In this document: positions 1-9,903 of the stretch, piece by piece
Numbering within the stretch: the first letter of the stretch is position 1
Layout: each line of letters starts with the position of its first letter
Assembly (NCBI GenBank): GCA_041665365.1
Contig: JBAYIY010000008.1
Span: forward strand, 6,396-70,395
From: Patescibacteria group bacterium
Lineage (GTDB): Bacteria; Patescibacteriota; Patescibacteriia; UBA9570
Length of the DNA stretch: 64,000 nt
Direction of reading: 5' to 3'
Program-made: the position numbers and the translations under genes
The notes under the pieces: generated by a model
Database searches by the model: none
Told to the model about the DNA's origin: nothing
What the model saw: only the letters and a program-made list of their open reading frames with translations

Positions 1-2311
1 GCGCAGTAATATCAATCCCAGACACAACTCGTTGAGTCTTTTTTTGTTGCCCCAACGATACAACTGGTTGGCCATCATCTGGCGTCGATTCAGTTGGTTC
101 ATTCATTAGCATGTCTAGTTTAGCCGTACCACCTTCAAATAACATAGTGAAATAATGTCCAAAATTTTTGTTGATGGCCTTAAATGATTTATCAAATTGT
201 TTTTTTATAGTGCCATCTAATTCATCAATAATTTTTTCCAAAGATACGATGGTGGCGCGGAGATCTTTGGTTTGGACAGATAAGAAATCAAACCGATTTT
301 TAATATCAGCATGTTCTTGAATAATTTCTGGATCAATCCCACCAATTAATTCGAGTTGGTGTTTTAATTGTTCAATTTTAATTAAGAGTTGATTGGTGTC
401 GGCTTGAGCTGTTTGCCAGGTTAAAATATTTTGTTCAGTTTCAGCGGTAACTTCGCGCGCCACTTCCGCTAAAATACTGTCTTGTTTGGTTTGCAATTTG
501 GTCATTTCAATGTCAACACTTTGCAAACGATTAGAGATTTGGTTCAATTTGGCCTGAATTTGTCTGGCTTGGGTTTGTAATTCTAAGAGAGTTTGTTTTT
601 TGGTTTCTTCGGTTTGATTAAATTCATCCAAAGATAATTGTTTAGCATGCAAGGCTTGTTCGATGTGCTCAAGTTGAGTAATTAAAGTTTGACTTTGTTC
701 ACGATACTCTGATAGTTGAGCCGAAATTGAATCGGCACTGGCTAAAGTCTTTTCTTGTTCAGCAATACTAGAAAGATGTGTCTTATGTTCGGCTGTTAAG
801 GTAGCCACTGTGGTAGTAAGCAAGGCAATTTTTTGTTTATGACCTTCAATCGTGATACGTAAACTAGTATGCTCTTGCAACAATTTTTCTTTCAGATTTG
901 AAGTGGTGGCAATGCGTTGCTGAATGGATTGAATTAAACGGTGTTGTAAAGCAATATCCTCAGTTCTTTCTTCGCTCAGTGTATCGAGCAAATCAGCCAA
1001 AGCATTGGTTATGTCCTGAGCTTGTTTTTGAACAATTTTAAACTGATCCAATGAATTAGTATTAAGGATTTCACGCAGAAATTGCTCTTGACGTTGAAAT
1101 AATTGCTCTAAGTGTTGTTTAATTTCCGGAACGGATAAAACTTCAGATAGCTTGGCTAAACCATGCTGGGCAGTTTGGAGTTCCCGATCTAATTGTTTTA
1201 ATTCCTTTTGCACGTCATGCATGGCTTGATCCAATTTTTGTAATTGTACGGCCTGATGACCGGATGCTTCTTGACTAATTGTCTGATCTTGTTGGGCACT
1301 GGTTAATCGATTTTTCACATCATCGGCTTGACGTTTAAGCCAGAGTAAATCAATTTCCCCATTGCGTTCTTGTTCTAACTCTAACCGCCCCTGAATAATG
1401 GCTTGGTCTTTTAATAAATCGTTTTTTTTGTTTAAAGTGGTTTGATAATCACGTTGTAATTGATGATACAGCTCGGTGCGTGATTGTTCTTTGCCAATGT
1501 TATCAATCTTGTTTTCCACTCCAGTCAATTGATTTTGAGTAACATCATAGTCAGCCGTAAAAGTAGTCTTTTGTTCGCTTAGATGGTTTAATTTGTCTTT
1601 CACATCAGTTAGTAATGAACCATAATATTCGGTTTGGACAATAGCTAGCGCCGCGGCCACTTCTTGGCGCTTTTCTAATTTTTTTACCTGGCGAGATAAA
1701 GATTGTAAGCGGGGTTCAATTTCCCGCAACACATCTTCGGCGCGAGTGAGATTATCTTCAGTGCGGATCAGTTTATTAATAGCCGAATCGCGTTTAATTT
1801 GGAATTCCTTAACACCAGTCGCTTCATCGAAAAAGTTTTTTCGATCGGAGGGATTGGCATTCAAAATGTCTGTAATCATGCCTTGGCCAATCACACCATA
1901 ACTTTTTTGACCAAAATTAGCTTGCGCTAGTAATAATAAAATATCCTGTAAGCGAACTGGTTGTTTGTTAATGAGATATTCGGTTTCATTATCACGTGAT
2001 AAACGGCGTGAGATCACCACTTGGTCGTAGTCTAATGGTAGGCGATGATCTTTATTGTTAATGTATAAATCAACTTGAGCTAAACCTAAGCGGGCTTTGG
2101 TAGCTGAACCAGCAAAAATAGCATCACTCATCGTTTTCATACGCATGAGCTTAAGCGCTTGTTCGCCCATCACCCAACGCATGGCATCAGACACATTGGT
2201 TTTACCCGAACCGTTTGGCCCAACTATAGCTACAAAAGGTGCATCAAACGTGAATGTAGTGTTATCCGCAAATGATTTAAAACCAGAAATGACGAGTTTT
2301 TCTAAATACAT
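1..2311 (-). CDS. smc: Chromosome segregation protein SMC (3' end outside window; no hinge domain visible)
   Basis: Not in the ORF track because it runs off the edge. Manual translation from ATG 2311: MYLEKLVISGFKSFA..IVGPNGSGKTNVSDAMRWVMGEQ, then long coiled coils, then GGIDPE..F..INKNF..YF..LFEGG..GIDITA at the window edge; directly downstream of rnc. Confidence 0.93.
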   Translation of the reverse strand, partial: MYLEKLVISGFKSFADNTTFTFDAPFVAIVGPNGSGKTNVSDAMRWVMGEQALKLMRMKTMSDAIFAGSATKARLGLAQVDLYINNKDHRLPLDYDQVVISRRLSRDNETEYLINKQPVRLQDILLLLAQANFGQKSYGVIGQGMITDILNANPSDRKNFFDEATGVKEFQIKRDSAINKLIRTEDNLTRAEDVLREIEPRLQSLSRQVKKLEKRQEVAAALAIVQTEYYGSLLTDVKDKLNHLSEQKTTFTADYDVTQNQLTGVENKIDNIGKEQSRTELYHQLQRDYQTTLNKKNDLLKDQAIIQGRLELEQERNGEIDLLWLKRQADDVKNRLTSAQQDQTISQEASGHQAVQLQKLDQAMHDVQKELKQLDRELQTAQHGLAKLSEVLSVPEIKQHLEQLFQRQEQFLREILNTNSLDQFKIVQKQAQDITNALADLLDTLSEERTEDIALQHRLIQSIQQRIATTSNLKEKLLQEHTSLRITIEGHKQKIALLTTTVATLTAEHKTHLSSIAEQEKTLASADSISAQLSEYREQSQTLITQLEHIEQALHAKQLSLDEFNQTEETKKQTLLELQTQARQIQAKLNQISNRLQSVDIEMTKLQTKQDSILAEVAREVTAETEQNILTWQTAQADTNQLLIKIEQLKHQLELIGGIDPEIIQEHADIKNRFDFLSVQTKDLRATIVSLEKIIDELDGTIKKQFDKSFKAINKNFGHYFTMLFEGGTAKLDMLMNEPTESTPDDGQPVVSLGQQKKTQRVVSGIDITA

Positions 2312-2315
2312 TTAT

Positions 2316-3035
2316 TTACCAGCCCTTTAATTTAATGGCATTATGAGCGGCACTAACTTGAGCAGTTTGTTTAGACATACCATCACCCGTGGCGATTTGT
2401 TCATCGTTCAAAAATACAGCCACTGTAAAATGTTTATTATGATCCGGGCCAGTTTCGGCTAGCACTTTATAAGTAGGAGTAACACCCACTTTATCTTGGG
2501 CTTGTTCTTGAAAATACGTCTTTGGATCCAAATACAATTTGTTTTGCAAAATATGATCGAGTTTTATAATGAGACGATCCAGAATGAATATTTTAGCACC
2601 GTTATAACCGTGTTCTAAGTAAATCGCTCCCACAATTGATTCAAAAGCATTAGCGAGAATTTTTTGACGGGCTTTACCCTGAGTATCTTTTTGTTCACCC
2701 CGTGATAAATATAATAAATTCTCAATCTGGAGTTCATTGGTTAAGATTGAGAGCATGTTTGAATTCACCAAACTGGCGCGCCAATTAGTGAGTTCACCTT
2801 CTGGGTTATCGTAATGGTGATACAGGTATTCAGTGACTACCAATTCCAGAACGGCATCACCCAAAAATTCTAAGCGCTCATTATGCCCTAATGGGAAATC
2901 TCGATTCTCATTCAAAAACGAGCGATGGACTAACGCTTGACGCAAAATATCTTTATTGGCAAAAGTAAAACCAATTTTGGTTTCCAGAGTAGATAAATCT
3001 TTGTTGAATTTTTCTTCAAGTAGAGTATTAGGCAT
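2316..3035 (-). CDS. rnc: Ribonuclease III
   Basis: [12 protein letters not shown] signature plus C-terminal dsRBD ([16 protein letters not shown]). Confidence 0.97.
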   Translation of the reverse strand: MPNTLLEEKFNKDLSTLETKIGFTFANKDILRQALVHRSFLNENRDFPLGHNERLEFLGDAVLELVVTEYLYHHYDNPEGELTNWRASLVNSNMLSILTNELQIENLLYLSRGEQKDTQGKARQKILANAFESIVGAIYLEHGYNGAKIFILDRLIIKLDHILQNKLYLDPKTYFQEQAQDKVGVTPTYKVLAETGPDHNKHFTVAVFLNDEQIATGDGMSKQTAQVSAAHNAIKLKGW

Positions 3036-3456
3036 GGGGTTGGTCTTTTATCATGTCTTTATAAATACTTCCCAGAACACCATTAATAAATTTACCACTC
3101 GATGGTCCGCCAAAATTCTTGGCTAATTCAATGGCCTCATTAATGGCGACTTTAGGTGGAATTTCCTTATCAAATAACAATTCACACAGGCCGATGCGTA
3201 ACACATTACGATCAATTACCGTAATTTGCTCCAATGGCCACTCTGGAGCATAGCGTCTAATTTGCTCATCTAGTTTAGGCAAGTTAGCTTGAATGTTTTT
3301 TACTAATTGGGCACTGAATTGTCGATCAGTTAAATCAACCGAAGCGGCAATTGCTTCACGTTGTAGGAGCGGATCGAGGCCAGGTTTTTGCTGGTTAAAA
3401 TCCCATTCGTAAAGTACTTGTAGAGCAATAATTCTAGCCAAATGACGGTTGGCCAT
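3028..3456 (-). CDS. nusB: Transcription antitermination factor NusB
   Basis: [40 protein letters not shown]. Confidence 0.96.
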   Translation of the reverse strand: MANRHLARIIALQVLYEWDFNQQKPGLDPLLQREAIAASVDLTDRQFSAQLVKNIQANLPKLDEQIRRYAPEWPLEQITVIDRNVLRIGLCELLFDKEIPPKVAINEAIELAKNFGGPSSGKFINGVLGSIYKDMIKDQPHA

Positions 3457-3462
3457 ATCAAC

Positions 3463-3636
3463 CTACTTGGTACGTACGTTGCGGCCGCGATAGGCACCGC
3501 AAGCTGAACAAGCGCGATGAGATAAGGTTGGTTGATGACACTGAGAGCACTCCACCGTAGTAACCTTAGTTAAGGCATGATGTGAAGCACGGGTGCGGCC
3601 ACGGCGGCTAGCTAAACGTTGTTTTGGTACTGGCAT
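3463..3636 (-). CDS. rpmF: 50S ribosomal protein L32 (57 aa, zinc-ribbon type)
   Basis: Below the ORF-track cutoff; manual translation MPVPKQRLASRRGRTRASHHALTKVTTVECSQCHQPTLSHRACSACGAYRGRNVRTK. Confidence 0.95.
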   Translation of the reverse strand: MPVPKQRLASRRGRTRASHHALTKVTTVECSQCHQPTLSHRACSACGAYRGRNVRTK

Positions 3637-3700
3637 AGGGCTGTACTATAAAGCCCTTATTTTATTATGTCAACGCTTTAGTCTTTGCTAGCAATAAATG

Positions 3701-3746
3701 CCGGGAATTCAGGTTGTTGACATTTTACCGGGAATTCAGGTAATAT
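3701..3746 (+). promoter_or_regulatory. Sigma70-type promoter with two 14-bp direct repeats (operator-like)
   Basis: CCGGGAATTCAGGT at 3701-3714 and 3728-3741 flank TTGACA (3717-3722); TAATAT at 3741-3746; ATG at 3756. Confidence 0.6.
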
Positions 3747-3755
3747 GACTTATGT

Positions 3756-4715
3756 ATGAAGATACATATTCCAAATAGCGTTTGGTTAGGAAATATTGAT
3801 CCTTTTTTGGAAGGGTTTATTGCAACCGATCCGGATCAATTAAATATAACGTTCAATAAAAAGTGGCTGTCCATACATCCGATGGTTTTATCTATGATTG
3901 CCGCGTTGGGTATAAAAACTGATCCAGCCAAAATTGTCTGTGAAAAACTTGAAGCTAAATCAAAACATTATCTGGAAAGAATGAGATTGTTTGATTTTTT
4001 ACACATGACGTCAGGTATTACCATGATAGAACATGAGCCAGCGGGGCGTTTTGTGCCATTGACGCAAATAAAAGACGGAGCCGCTTTAACAACTTTCATT
4101 ACCGAAGTTACACCATTACTTCATCTCGAACCAAAACACGCTGAACCCATTCGCTATATCATGAGTGAATTGATCAGAAATGTTCTGGAACATTCGCTCT
4201 CAAAATATGGCGCTATTGTATCGGCTCAATACTACAAGAAAAGTAATACTGTCCGGATTGGTATTGCTGATACTGGTATCGGTATCTGGCAATCAATTAA
4301 TCAATCATATCATCCTAAAACAGATTTGGAAGCAATTCGTTTAGCTCTAACTCCTGGTATTACCGGCACAACTAGGCGTGAGGGTGGCACAGAGCAAAAT
4401 GCTGGAGCTGGTTTATTTTTTATTAAATCAATTGCCTCCGTAAACAATGACTTTTTTGTTATATATAGCGGTAAAGCAATGTATAAGCTCTTAAAAAGAA
4501 AAAGTAAAAAAATTAAATTGCAGGCCGATCCGTTTACAGACAGACACTCAAAGAAATCTGATCTGCCCAATTGGGGAGGAACGGTGGTAGGCATTGACCT
4601 GTCATTAGATACAACCCAAGAATTTTCTTTACTTTTGAAGTTACTAAATAAAACTCTAAGTGAATCCATTAAGGAAAGAAAACACGCTCGTTATAAAAAA
4701 CCACTCTTTATATGA
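3756..4715 (+). CDS. GHKL/HATPase_c domain protein (anti-sigma kinase-like)
   Basis: N box SELIRNVLEHS, G1 box IADTGIGI, G2 box NAGAGL; no transmembrane segment or H-box. Confidence 0.8.
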   Translation: MKIHIPNSVWLGNIDPFLEGFIATDPDQLNITFNKKWLSIHPMVLSMIAALGIKTDPAKIVCEKLEAKSKHYLERMRLFDFLHMTSGITMIEHEPAGRFVPLTQIKDGAALTTFITEVTPLLHLEPKHAEPIRYIMSELIRNVLEHSLSKYGAIVSAQYYKKSNTVRIGIADTGIGIWQSINQSYHPKTDLEAIRLALTPGITGTTRREGGTEQNAGAGLFFIKSIASVNNDFFVIYSGKAMYKLLKRKSKKIKLQADPFTDRHSKKSDLPNWGGTVVGIDLSLDTTQEFSLLLKLLNKTLSESIKERKHARYKKPLFI

Positions 4716-5002
4716 TTCATATAAAATTATTCACCCGGGTTGGGGAGTTTGCTGAAAATAAAGATATTGCGGCCGATATCAGATTAAATGAACTTATTCC
4801 GGCCTTAGAAAAAAATCAAAAGATAATATTAGATTTTGAAAAGGTTGAGGGAGCGACACAATCGTTCATCCATGCCCTCATTAGCGATCTATTGAGAAAA
4901 TATGGCAATGATGTATTAGATAAAATTCAATTCAAAGCCTGTAATAATACTGTAAAAAGCATCATTTCTATGGTTGTAGATTATATGCAGGAAAGCAATT
5001 AA
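4712..5002 (+). CDS. STAS-like domain protein (DUF4325-like)
   Basis: IILDFEKVEGATQSFIHAL resembles the STAS phospho-Ser region; 4-bp overlap with the HATPase gene. Confidence 0.75.
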   Translation: MIHIKLFTRVGEFAENKDIAADIRLNELIPALEKNQKIILDFEKVEGATQSFIHALISDLLRKYGNDVLDKIQFKACNNTVKSIISMVVDYMQESN

Positions 5003-5024
5003 ACTGCTATACTAACTAATAATT

Positions 5025-5675
5025 ATGATTAAACCATTGTTAATCGCCAATTGGAAGATGAATAAAACCCTGGTTGAGACAGTTGCATTCATTAATATTT
5101 TCAAAAAACAGGCAATACCAAATGATCGAGCTGTAGTAATTTGTCCACCCTTTACTTTATTAGCCAGTTTCAAAGACCAAGGCTTGAAATATGGGGCACA
5201 AACTATGCATTGGGAAGATAAGGGTGCCTATACCGGCGAAATATCACCGAGTATGCTAAAAGAATTTGGGTGTTCATATGTAATTATCGGTCATTCAGAA
5301 CGAAGACAATATAATAATGAAACTGATGAAACTGTCTTGAAAAAAATCCAAGCCGCCTGGCAATACAACCTAATTCCGGTAGTTTGTATCAGCGAACTGA
5401 AACAAGTACCAGTGTTGTCTGATTATAAAGATCTGGTGATAGCTTATGAACCACTCTGGGCGATTGGCACCGGTAAAACTGCTACTCCAGAACATGCCCA
5501 ACAAATACATAGCGAGATTCGTAAAATCGTCGGTGCTAATACCAGAATTATTTATGGTGGCTCGGTCAATTCTAGCAATGCCGGGGCGCTAATGTCTCAA
5601 CCAGATGTTAATGGTTTATTGGTGGGTGGAGCCAGTTTGGATGCAGGCGAGTTTGGGAAGATAATCAATTATTAA
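5025..5675 (+). CDS. tpiA: Triosephosphate isomerase (compact)
   Basis: ANWKMN, GHSERR, AYEPLWAIGTG, YGGSV, LVGGASL. Confidence 0.97.
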   Translation: MIKPLLIANWKMNKTLVETVAFINIFKKQAIPNDRAVVICPPFTLLASFKDQGLKYGAQTMHWEDKGAYTGEISPSMLKEFGCSYVIIGHSERRQYNNETDETVLKKIQAAWQYNLIPVVCISELKQVPVLSDYKDLVIAYEPLWAIGTGKTATPEHAQQIHSEIRKIVGANTRIIYGGSVNSSNAGALMSQPDVNGLLVGGASLDAGEFGKIINY

Positions 5676-5681
5676 TAATAC

Positions 5682-5723
5682 AAAACAGGTAGAGACATGC
5701 CATGGCATGTCTCTACCTGTTTT
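5682..5723. repeat. GTAG-family REP-like perfect palindrome, probable bidirectional terminator
   Basis: AAAACAG-GTAGAGACATGCC-AT-GGCATGTCTCTAC-CTGTTTT between convergent tpiA and gyrA. Confidence 0.8.
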
Positions 5724-8158
5724 TATAAATGTGCCACGCTGGCGACTTGATCGTTCTGGACTTTGAAGCGCATTAGACGCACACCTTGGGTATCACGACT
5801 AATGATTGGAACACTCTTCAATGGTAAACGAATTACCTGACCTTGTTGGGAGATAATTAATAAATCACTCGTGGCTTGGGCTTCTGTAACAACAAAACCT
5901 AACACAATCTTACCAGTTTTATCGGTGATTTTGGCAGTTTTAATACCGGAACCGCCACGGTTTTGTACTTTATATGATTTCAAGTCGGTGCGTTTACCAT
6001 AACCATGGCGCATCACGACACACAGTTCAGCATTCTTTAGAGCCGATTGGGTGACAATATCCATTCCCACTACAGCATCATTTGATTTAAGTTTCATACC
6101 ACGCACACCGGCCGCAGTGCGACCCATTTCCCGCACATCACTTTCCTTGAAGCGAATCGATTGGCCGTTATTTGTCACTAAAATAATTTGATCATTTCCA
6201 GTTGAAGGTTTAACCCATTCTAGAGCATCTTTACCCTTTAGAGTTATAGCAATTAAACCACTGCGGCGGACATTATCGAAAGCATCTAATTTGGTTTTTT
6301 TCATGGTACCAGCGGTAGTGACCATAACCAAAAATTTTGTACCCGAAGCTTTTAGATCATCACAACTTAAGGCTGAGGTAACTTTTTCTTCAGGCCCTAA
6401 TTGTAAGAAATTAACCACCGCTTGGCCTTTAGACGTGCGCGAGGCGGCAGGAATTTCATAGGCTCTCAATTGGAAGACGCGGCCACGGGAGGTAAAGAAT
6501 AATATATTGGCATGAGTATTGGTGGAAAATAATTGTTCAACACTATCCTCCTCTTTAGCGGTCAAACCGATAATACCTTTACCACCACGGTGTTGTTGTT
6601 TAAAGGTATCTTCCGCTAAACGTTTAATATAACCATCGCGCGTAATCATGATAATGGCCGCTTCTTTTGGAATCAGATCTTCCTGACTAAACGAACCAAC
6701 GGCTTGGCGGACAATATCAGTGCGGCGATCATCACCATATTTTTCAACTAATTCAGTAATTTCAGCCTTGATCACAGTTAAAATATTTTTTCTAGTTGAT
6801 AGAATAGTTTTAAGTTCTTTGATCAGTTTTTTCTTTTCAGCTAGTTCTTCTTCAACTTGGATTCTTTCTAAGTTTGCCAATTGTTGTAGCTTCATTTCCA
6901 AAATCGCTAAGGTCTGTATTTCGGTGAAACGAAATTGCTTAATCAAGTTGGTTTTGGCTTCGTCTTTATTTTTAGATTTCTTAATGGTCTTAATAATGGC
7001 ATCAATTTTTTCTAAAGCCATCACCAAACCTTCCAAAATATGCGCGCGATCTTCCGCTTTAGTTAAATCATATTGGGTGCGGCGTTTCACCACCACTTCA
7101 CGATGTTTAATATATTCCTCCAACAACATTTTCAAAGTCAGGACACGTGGTTGTAAACCATCAATCAAAGCCACCATGTTAAAGTGGAAAGTTTCTTGCA
7201 GCTGAGTCAATTTATAGATGCGATTCAAGACTTTTTTCGGATAAGCATCACGTTTCAATTCAATCACCACTCGAATACCAGTGCGATCAGATTCATCACG
7301 CAAATCACGAATGCCCTCCAATTTTTTTTCTTTAACCAAGAAAGCAATTTTTTCTACTAAGGTGGCTTTATTTACTTGATAGGGGAGCTCAGTGATAATA
7401 ATGGTGTCATCTTCAATATTAGCTTTGCCGCGCATCACCACACCGCCGCGGCCAGTGGCATAAGCCGTTTTAATGGCCTGAACATCATAGATCACGCCAC
7501 CCGTCGGCAAATCCGGGCCTTTAATAAACTCCATTAAATCGTCAACATCGGCCTCAGGATGATCGATTAAATGCATAATACCGGCACACAATTCAGTGAG
7601 ATTATGAGGCGGAATACTGGTGGCCATACCAACCGCGATACCAACCGTACCGTTGAGTAAAAGATTCGGTAATTTAGCCGGTAAAACGGTCGGTTCATCG
7701 TGTGAACCATCGTAGTTGGGTCTAAAATCTATAGTATCTTTTTCAATATCCTGCAATAATTCTTCGGCAATTTTATGTAGTTTGGCTTCGGTATAACGCA
7801 TGGCCGCGGCTGAGTCACCATCAATCGAACCAAAGTTACCTTGGCCGTGCACCAAGGGATAGCGCATGGAAAATTCTTGGGCTAAACGAACCATAGTATC
7901 ATAGACAGCCGTATCACCATGCGGATGATATTTACCGAGCACTTCACCAACTACAGTGGCAGATTTACGAAATTTAGCACTCGAGCGTAAACCAATGGTT
8001 AACATGGCATACAAAATCCGGCGATGTACCGGTTTTAAACCATCCCGGACATCGGGTAAAGCCCGTGCCACAATTACGCTCATGGCGTAATTTAAATAAG
8101 ATGTTTCCATCTCTTTATCAATCGGTTGTTGTATGACTTTGTCTTTATAGTCGGTCAT
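5723..8158 (-). CDS. gyrA: DNA gyrase subunit A
   Basis: [22 protein letters not shown], and GyrA-box QHRGGKG. Confidence 0.97.
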   Translation of the reverse strand: MTDYKDKVIQQPIDKEMETSYLNYAMSVIVARALPDVRDGLKPVHRRILYAMLTIGLRSSAKFRKSATVVGEVLGKYHPHGDTAVYDTMVRLAQEFSMRYPLVHGQGNFGSIDGDSAAAMRYTEAKLHKIAEELLQDIEKDTIDFRPNYDGSHDEPTVLPAKLPNLLLNGTVGIAVGMATSIPPHNLTELCAGIMHLIDHPEADVDDLMEFIKGPDLPTGGVIYDVQAIKTAYATGRGGVVMRGKANIEDDTIIITELPYQVNKATLVEKIAFLVKEKKLEGIRDLRDESDRTGIRVVIELKRDAYPKKVLNRIYKLTQLQETFHFNMVALIDGLQPRVLTLKMLLEEYIKHREVVVKRRTQYDLTKAEDRAHILEGLVMALEKIDAIIKTIKKSKNKDEAKTNLIKQFRFTEIQTLAILEMKLQQLANLERIQVEEELAEKKKLIKELKTILSTRKNILTVIKAEITELVEKYGDDRRTDIVRQAVGSFSQEDLIPKEAAIIMITRDGYIKRLAEDTFKQQHRGGKGIIGLTAKEEDSVEQLFSTNTHANILFFTSRGRVFQLRAYEIPAASRTSKGQAVVNFLQLGPEEKVTSALSCDDLKASGTKFLVMVTTAGTMKKTKLDAFDNVRRSGLIAITLKGKDALEWVKPSTGNDQIILVTNNGQSIRFKESDVREMGRTAAGVRGMKLKSNDAVVGMDIVTQSALKNAELCVVMRHGYGKRTDLKSYKVQNRGGSGIKTAKITDKTGKIVLGFVVTEAQATSDLLIISQQGQVIRLPLKSVPIISRDTQGVRLMRFKVQNDQVASVAHL

Positions 8159-8160
8159 GG

Positions 8161-8583
8161 TTATTGCAGATCAGAAAATAAATTATCCAGCGTTGTGTTG
8201 TTTGGTTGATTGGTATCTATTTGTGTTTTAACTTCATCAAGCTGATTTGATATTTTACCGGTGTTATCCTGTAAGTTGGAAAAATCACCACTGATTGAAT
8301 TCATGAAATCATCTATCCGCGTAGCGGCGATACTATCTTGCACCGCATTGGAAGAAAACAATGAAGTCGACAGTGAATAGGCCCAGATACACACTATAAT
8401 GGCCATAGCCAGGCTGACTGAGACCCACAGTTTTAGGCGACTAGGTTCTGCTTTAACTGTAATGAGCGGAGCGGTTATTTCCGGTGGCGGTACAACCTTA
8501 GCTTTAGTTGGCTTTGGTTTTATTTTTGGTTTAGCCGCGATTTTAGGTTTGGTTTTTTTTACTAAGCGTTTTTTTGCCGGCAT
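8161..8583 (-). CDS. Hypothetical single-pass membrane protein with Lys/Pro-rich N-terminus
   Basis: Fills the operon gap; one hydrophobic segment [18 protein letters not shown]. Confidence 0.7.
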   Translation of the reverse strand: MPAKKRLVKKTKPKIAAKPKIKPKPTKAKVVPPPEITAPLITVKAEPSRLKLWVSVSLAMAIIVCIWAYSLSTSLFSSNAVQDSIAATRIDDFMNSISGDFSNLQDNTGKISNQLDEVKTQIDTNQPNNTTLDNLFSDLQ

Positions 8584-8588
8584 ACAGT

Positions 8589-9200
8589 TTAGGCGGTAGT
8601 GGGGGTTAAGATCACAGTAGTAGTGTCATCTTGTGGGAGATCTTTTTCTTTAATACTGTATTTTTCAATAGCGGTGGTGGTTTTAACACCCAATTCTTTC
8701 AAAAATGTTTGTAGTGGCTCGAGCTTAACTTTTACGTGGGGTTGTTGGTAAAGATAGGGAATAACAACGCGTGGTTCAACTTGGCTGACAATCACTGATA
8801 ATTGGTCTTTAGGTAGCGTGCTCACTGGCAGTAATAAAATATCCACTCCTTCTAGGGTTTCTAATTGATCATTGGTTAGACCACTATCTAGTGCACCCAG
8901 AAAACCAACATGAATGCCTTCATCTTCAATGACATACACAGTTGAGGTGTTATTGGCCGCAATACCATAAATAAAAGTCTGTTTAATTTCATACTCACCT
9001 GGACCAATAATAGTGATACTATCACCCGATAAACGTTTGGTATTATTACATAAATCATTCTTAGTATCAGATATTAGAACAATATCAGCTTTCAATTTTG
9101 GCATCGCTACACCAACACTATCAGCAAACGGATTTGTGACCAGGACAGAATTGTTTGTCTGGATGCGAAAGCTGCTCAGACCGTTCCATTGAATATGCAT
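8589..9200 (-). CDS. Metallo-beta-lactamase-fold protein with degenerate metal site
   Basis: MHIQWNGLSSFRI, GPGEYEI, GVDILLLP, EPRVVIP are typical of the family; HxHxDH is replaced by DTKNDL; likely start ATG 9200. Confidence 0.75.
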   Translation of the reverse strand: MHIQWNGLSSFRIQTNNSVLVTNPFADSVGVAMPKLKADIVLISDTKNDLCNNTKRLSGDSITIIGPGEYEIKQTFIYGIAANNTSTVYVIEDEGIHVGFLGALDSGLTNDQLETLEGVDILLLPVSTLPKDQLSVIVSQVEPRVVIPYLYQQPHVKVKLEPLQTFLKELGVKTTTAIEKYSIKEKDLPQDDTTTVILTPTTA

Positions 9201-9216
9201 ACGGCCTAGTCTAACA

Positions 9217-9780
9217 TTAATCAATAGCCAAATCAATAGCCTCTTCGCTACTTGGTTTTATCGTTTTTATTGATGTTGGAGAGGTGGTATTTGGAGACGT
9301 ATGATGTAAAAATTTATCAAACGACGTTAATTTTGGTGCATTAGGTGAGTGTGGTTGAATACTGGCCGGGGTAGCTTGTAACGGTACAATCGGTCGTGTT
9401 GCAGCAGGAGTATGAGTTGGTTTACTAGATTGGGTGACTTCTTTGGCTTTTTCAGTGGCGATTTCTTTAGCATGTTCAGCCAGATTTTGCTTTTTAATAT
9501 TTTCATGTACTTGTTCTTCTTGGCGAAATTTACTGTGTACATAATCGGTAGCAGTTGTGGTGATGCGATGTGTTAATCCCTTCTCTTTAAGGGCTTTTAC
9601 AATTTTTACAGCTTGATCTTTTTGCACTGTGGCTTTGTCATAAAGATATTTCTGCGCATGCAAATCTGTCATCGCTTTCTTCAATTCTAAGGGCATCATG
9701 GTGTGGTGACCATGAGCATCCATCAGCATCTTTTTGAAGGTGGCGCCGGTGATTTTGTTTGGTCCAAGTGCTGTTCCCAT
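9217..9780 (-). CDS. Hypothetical protein with Pro/Thr/Ser-rich C-terminal half
   Basis: Long ORF co-oriented with the gyrA operon; TATACT just upstream of ATG 9780. Confidence 0.65.
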   Translation of the reverse strand: MGTALGPNKITGATFKKMLMDAHGHHTMMPLELKKAMTDLHAQKYLYDKATVQKDQAVKIVKALKEKGLTHRITTTATDYVHSKFRQEEQVHENIKKQNLAEHAKEIATEKAKEVTQSSKPTHTPAATRPIVPLQATPASIQPHSPNAPKLTSFDKFLHHTSPNTTSPTSIKTIKPSSEEAIDLAID

Positions 9781-9797
9781 GCCTGATAGTATACCAC

Positions 9798-9826
9798 TTG
9801 CCAGATATTCCAGCATCTTGTATAAT
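9798..9826 (+). promoter_or_regulatory. rpsA promoter
   Basis: TTGCCA-17 nt-TATAAT. Confidence 0.7.
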
Positions 9827-9903
9827 CGGTTCTCTCTTAAATCTTTATTTTATACATCCCGCGGCCGTGGTCAGGCCCGGATAAACAATTAATTCAATAA
9901 GAT

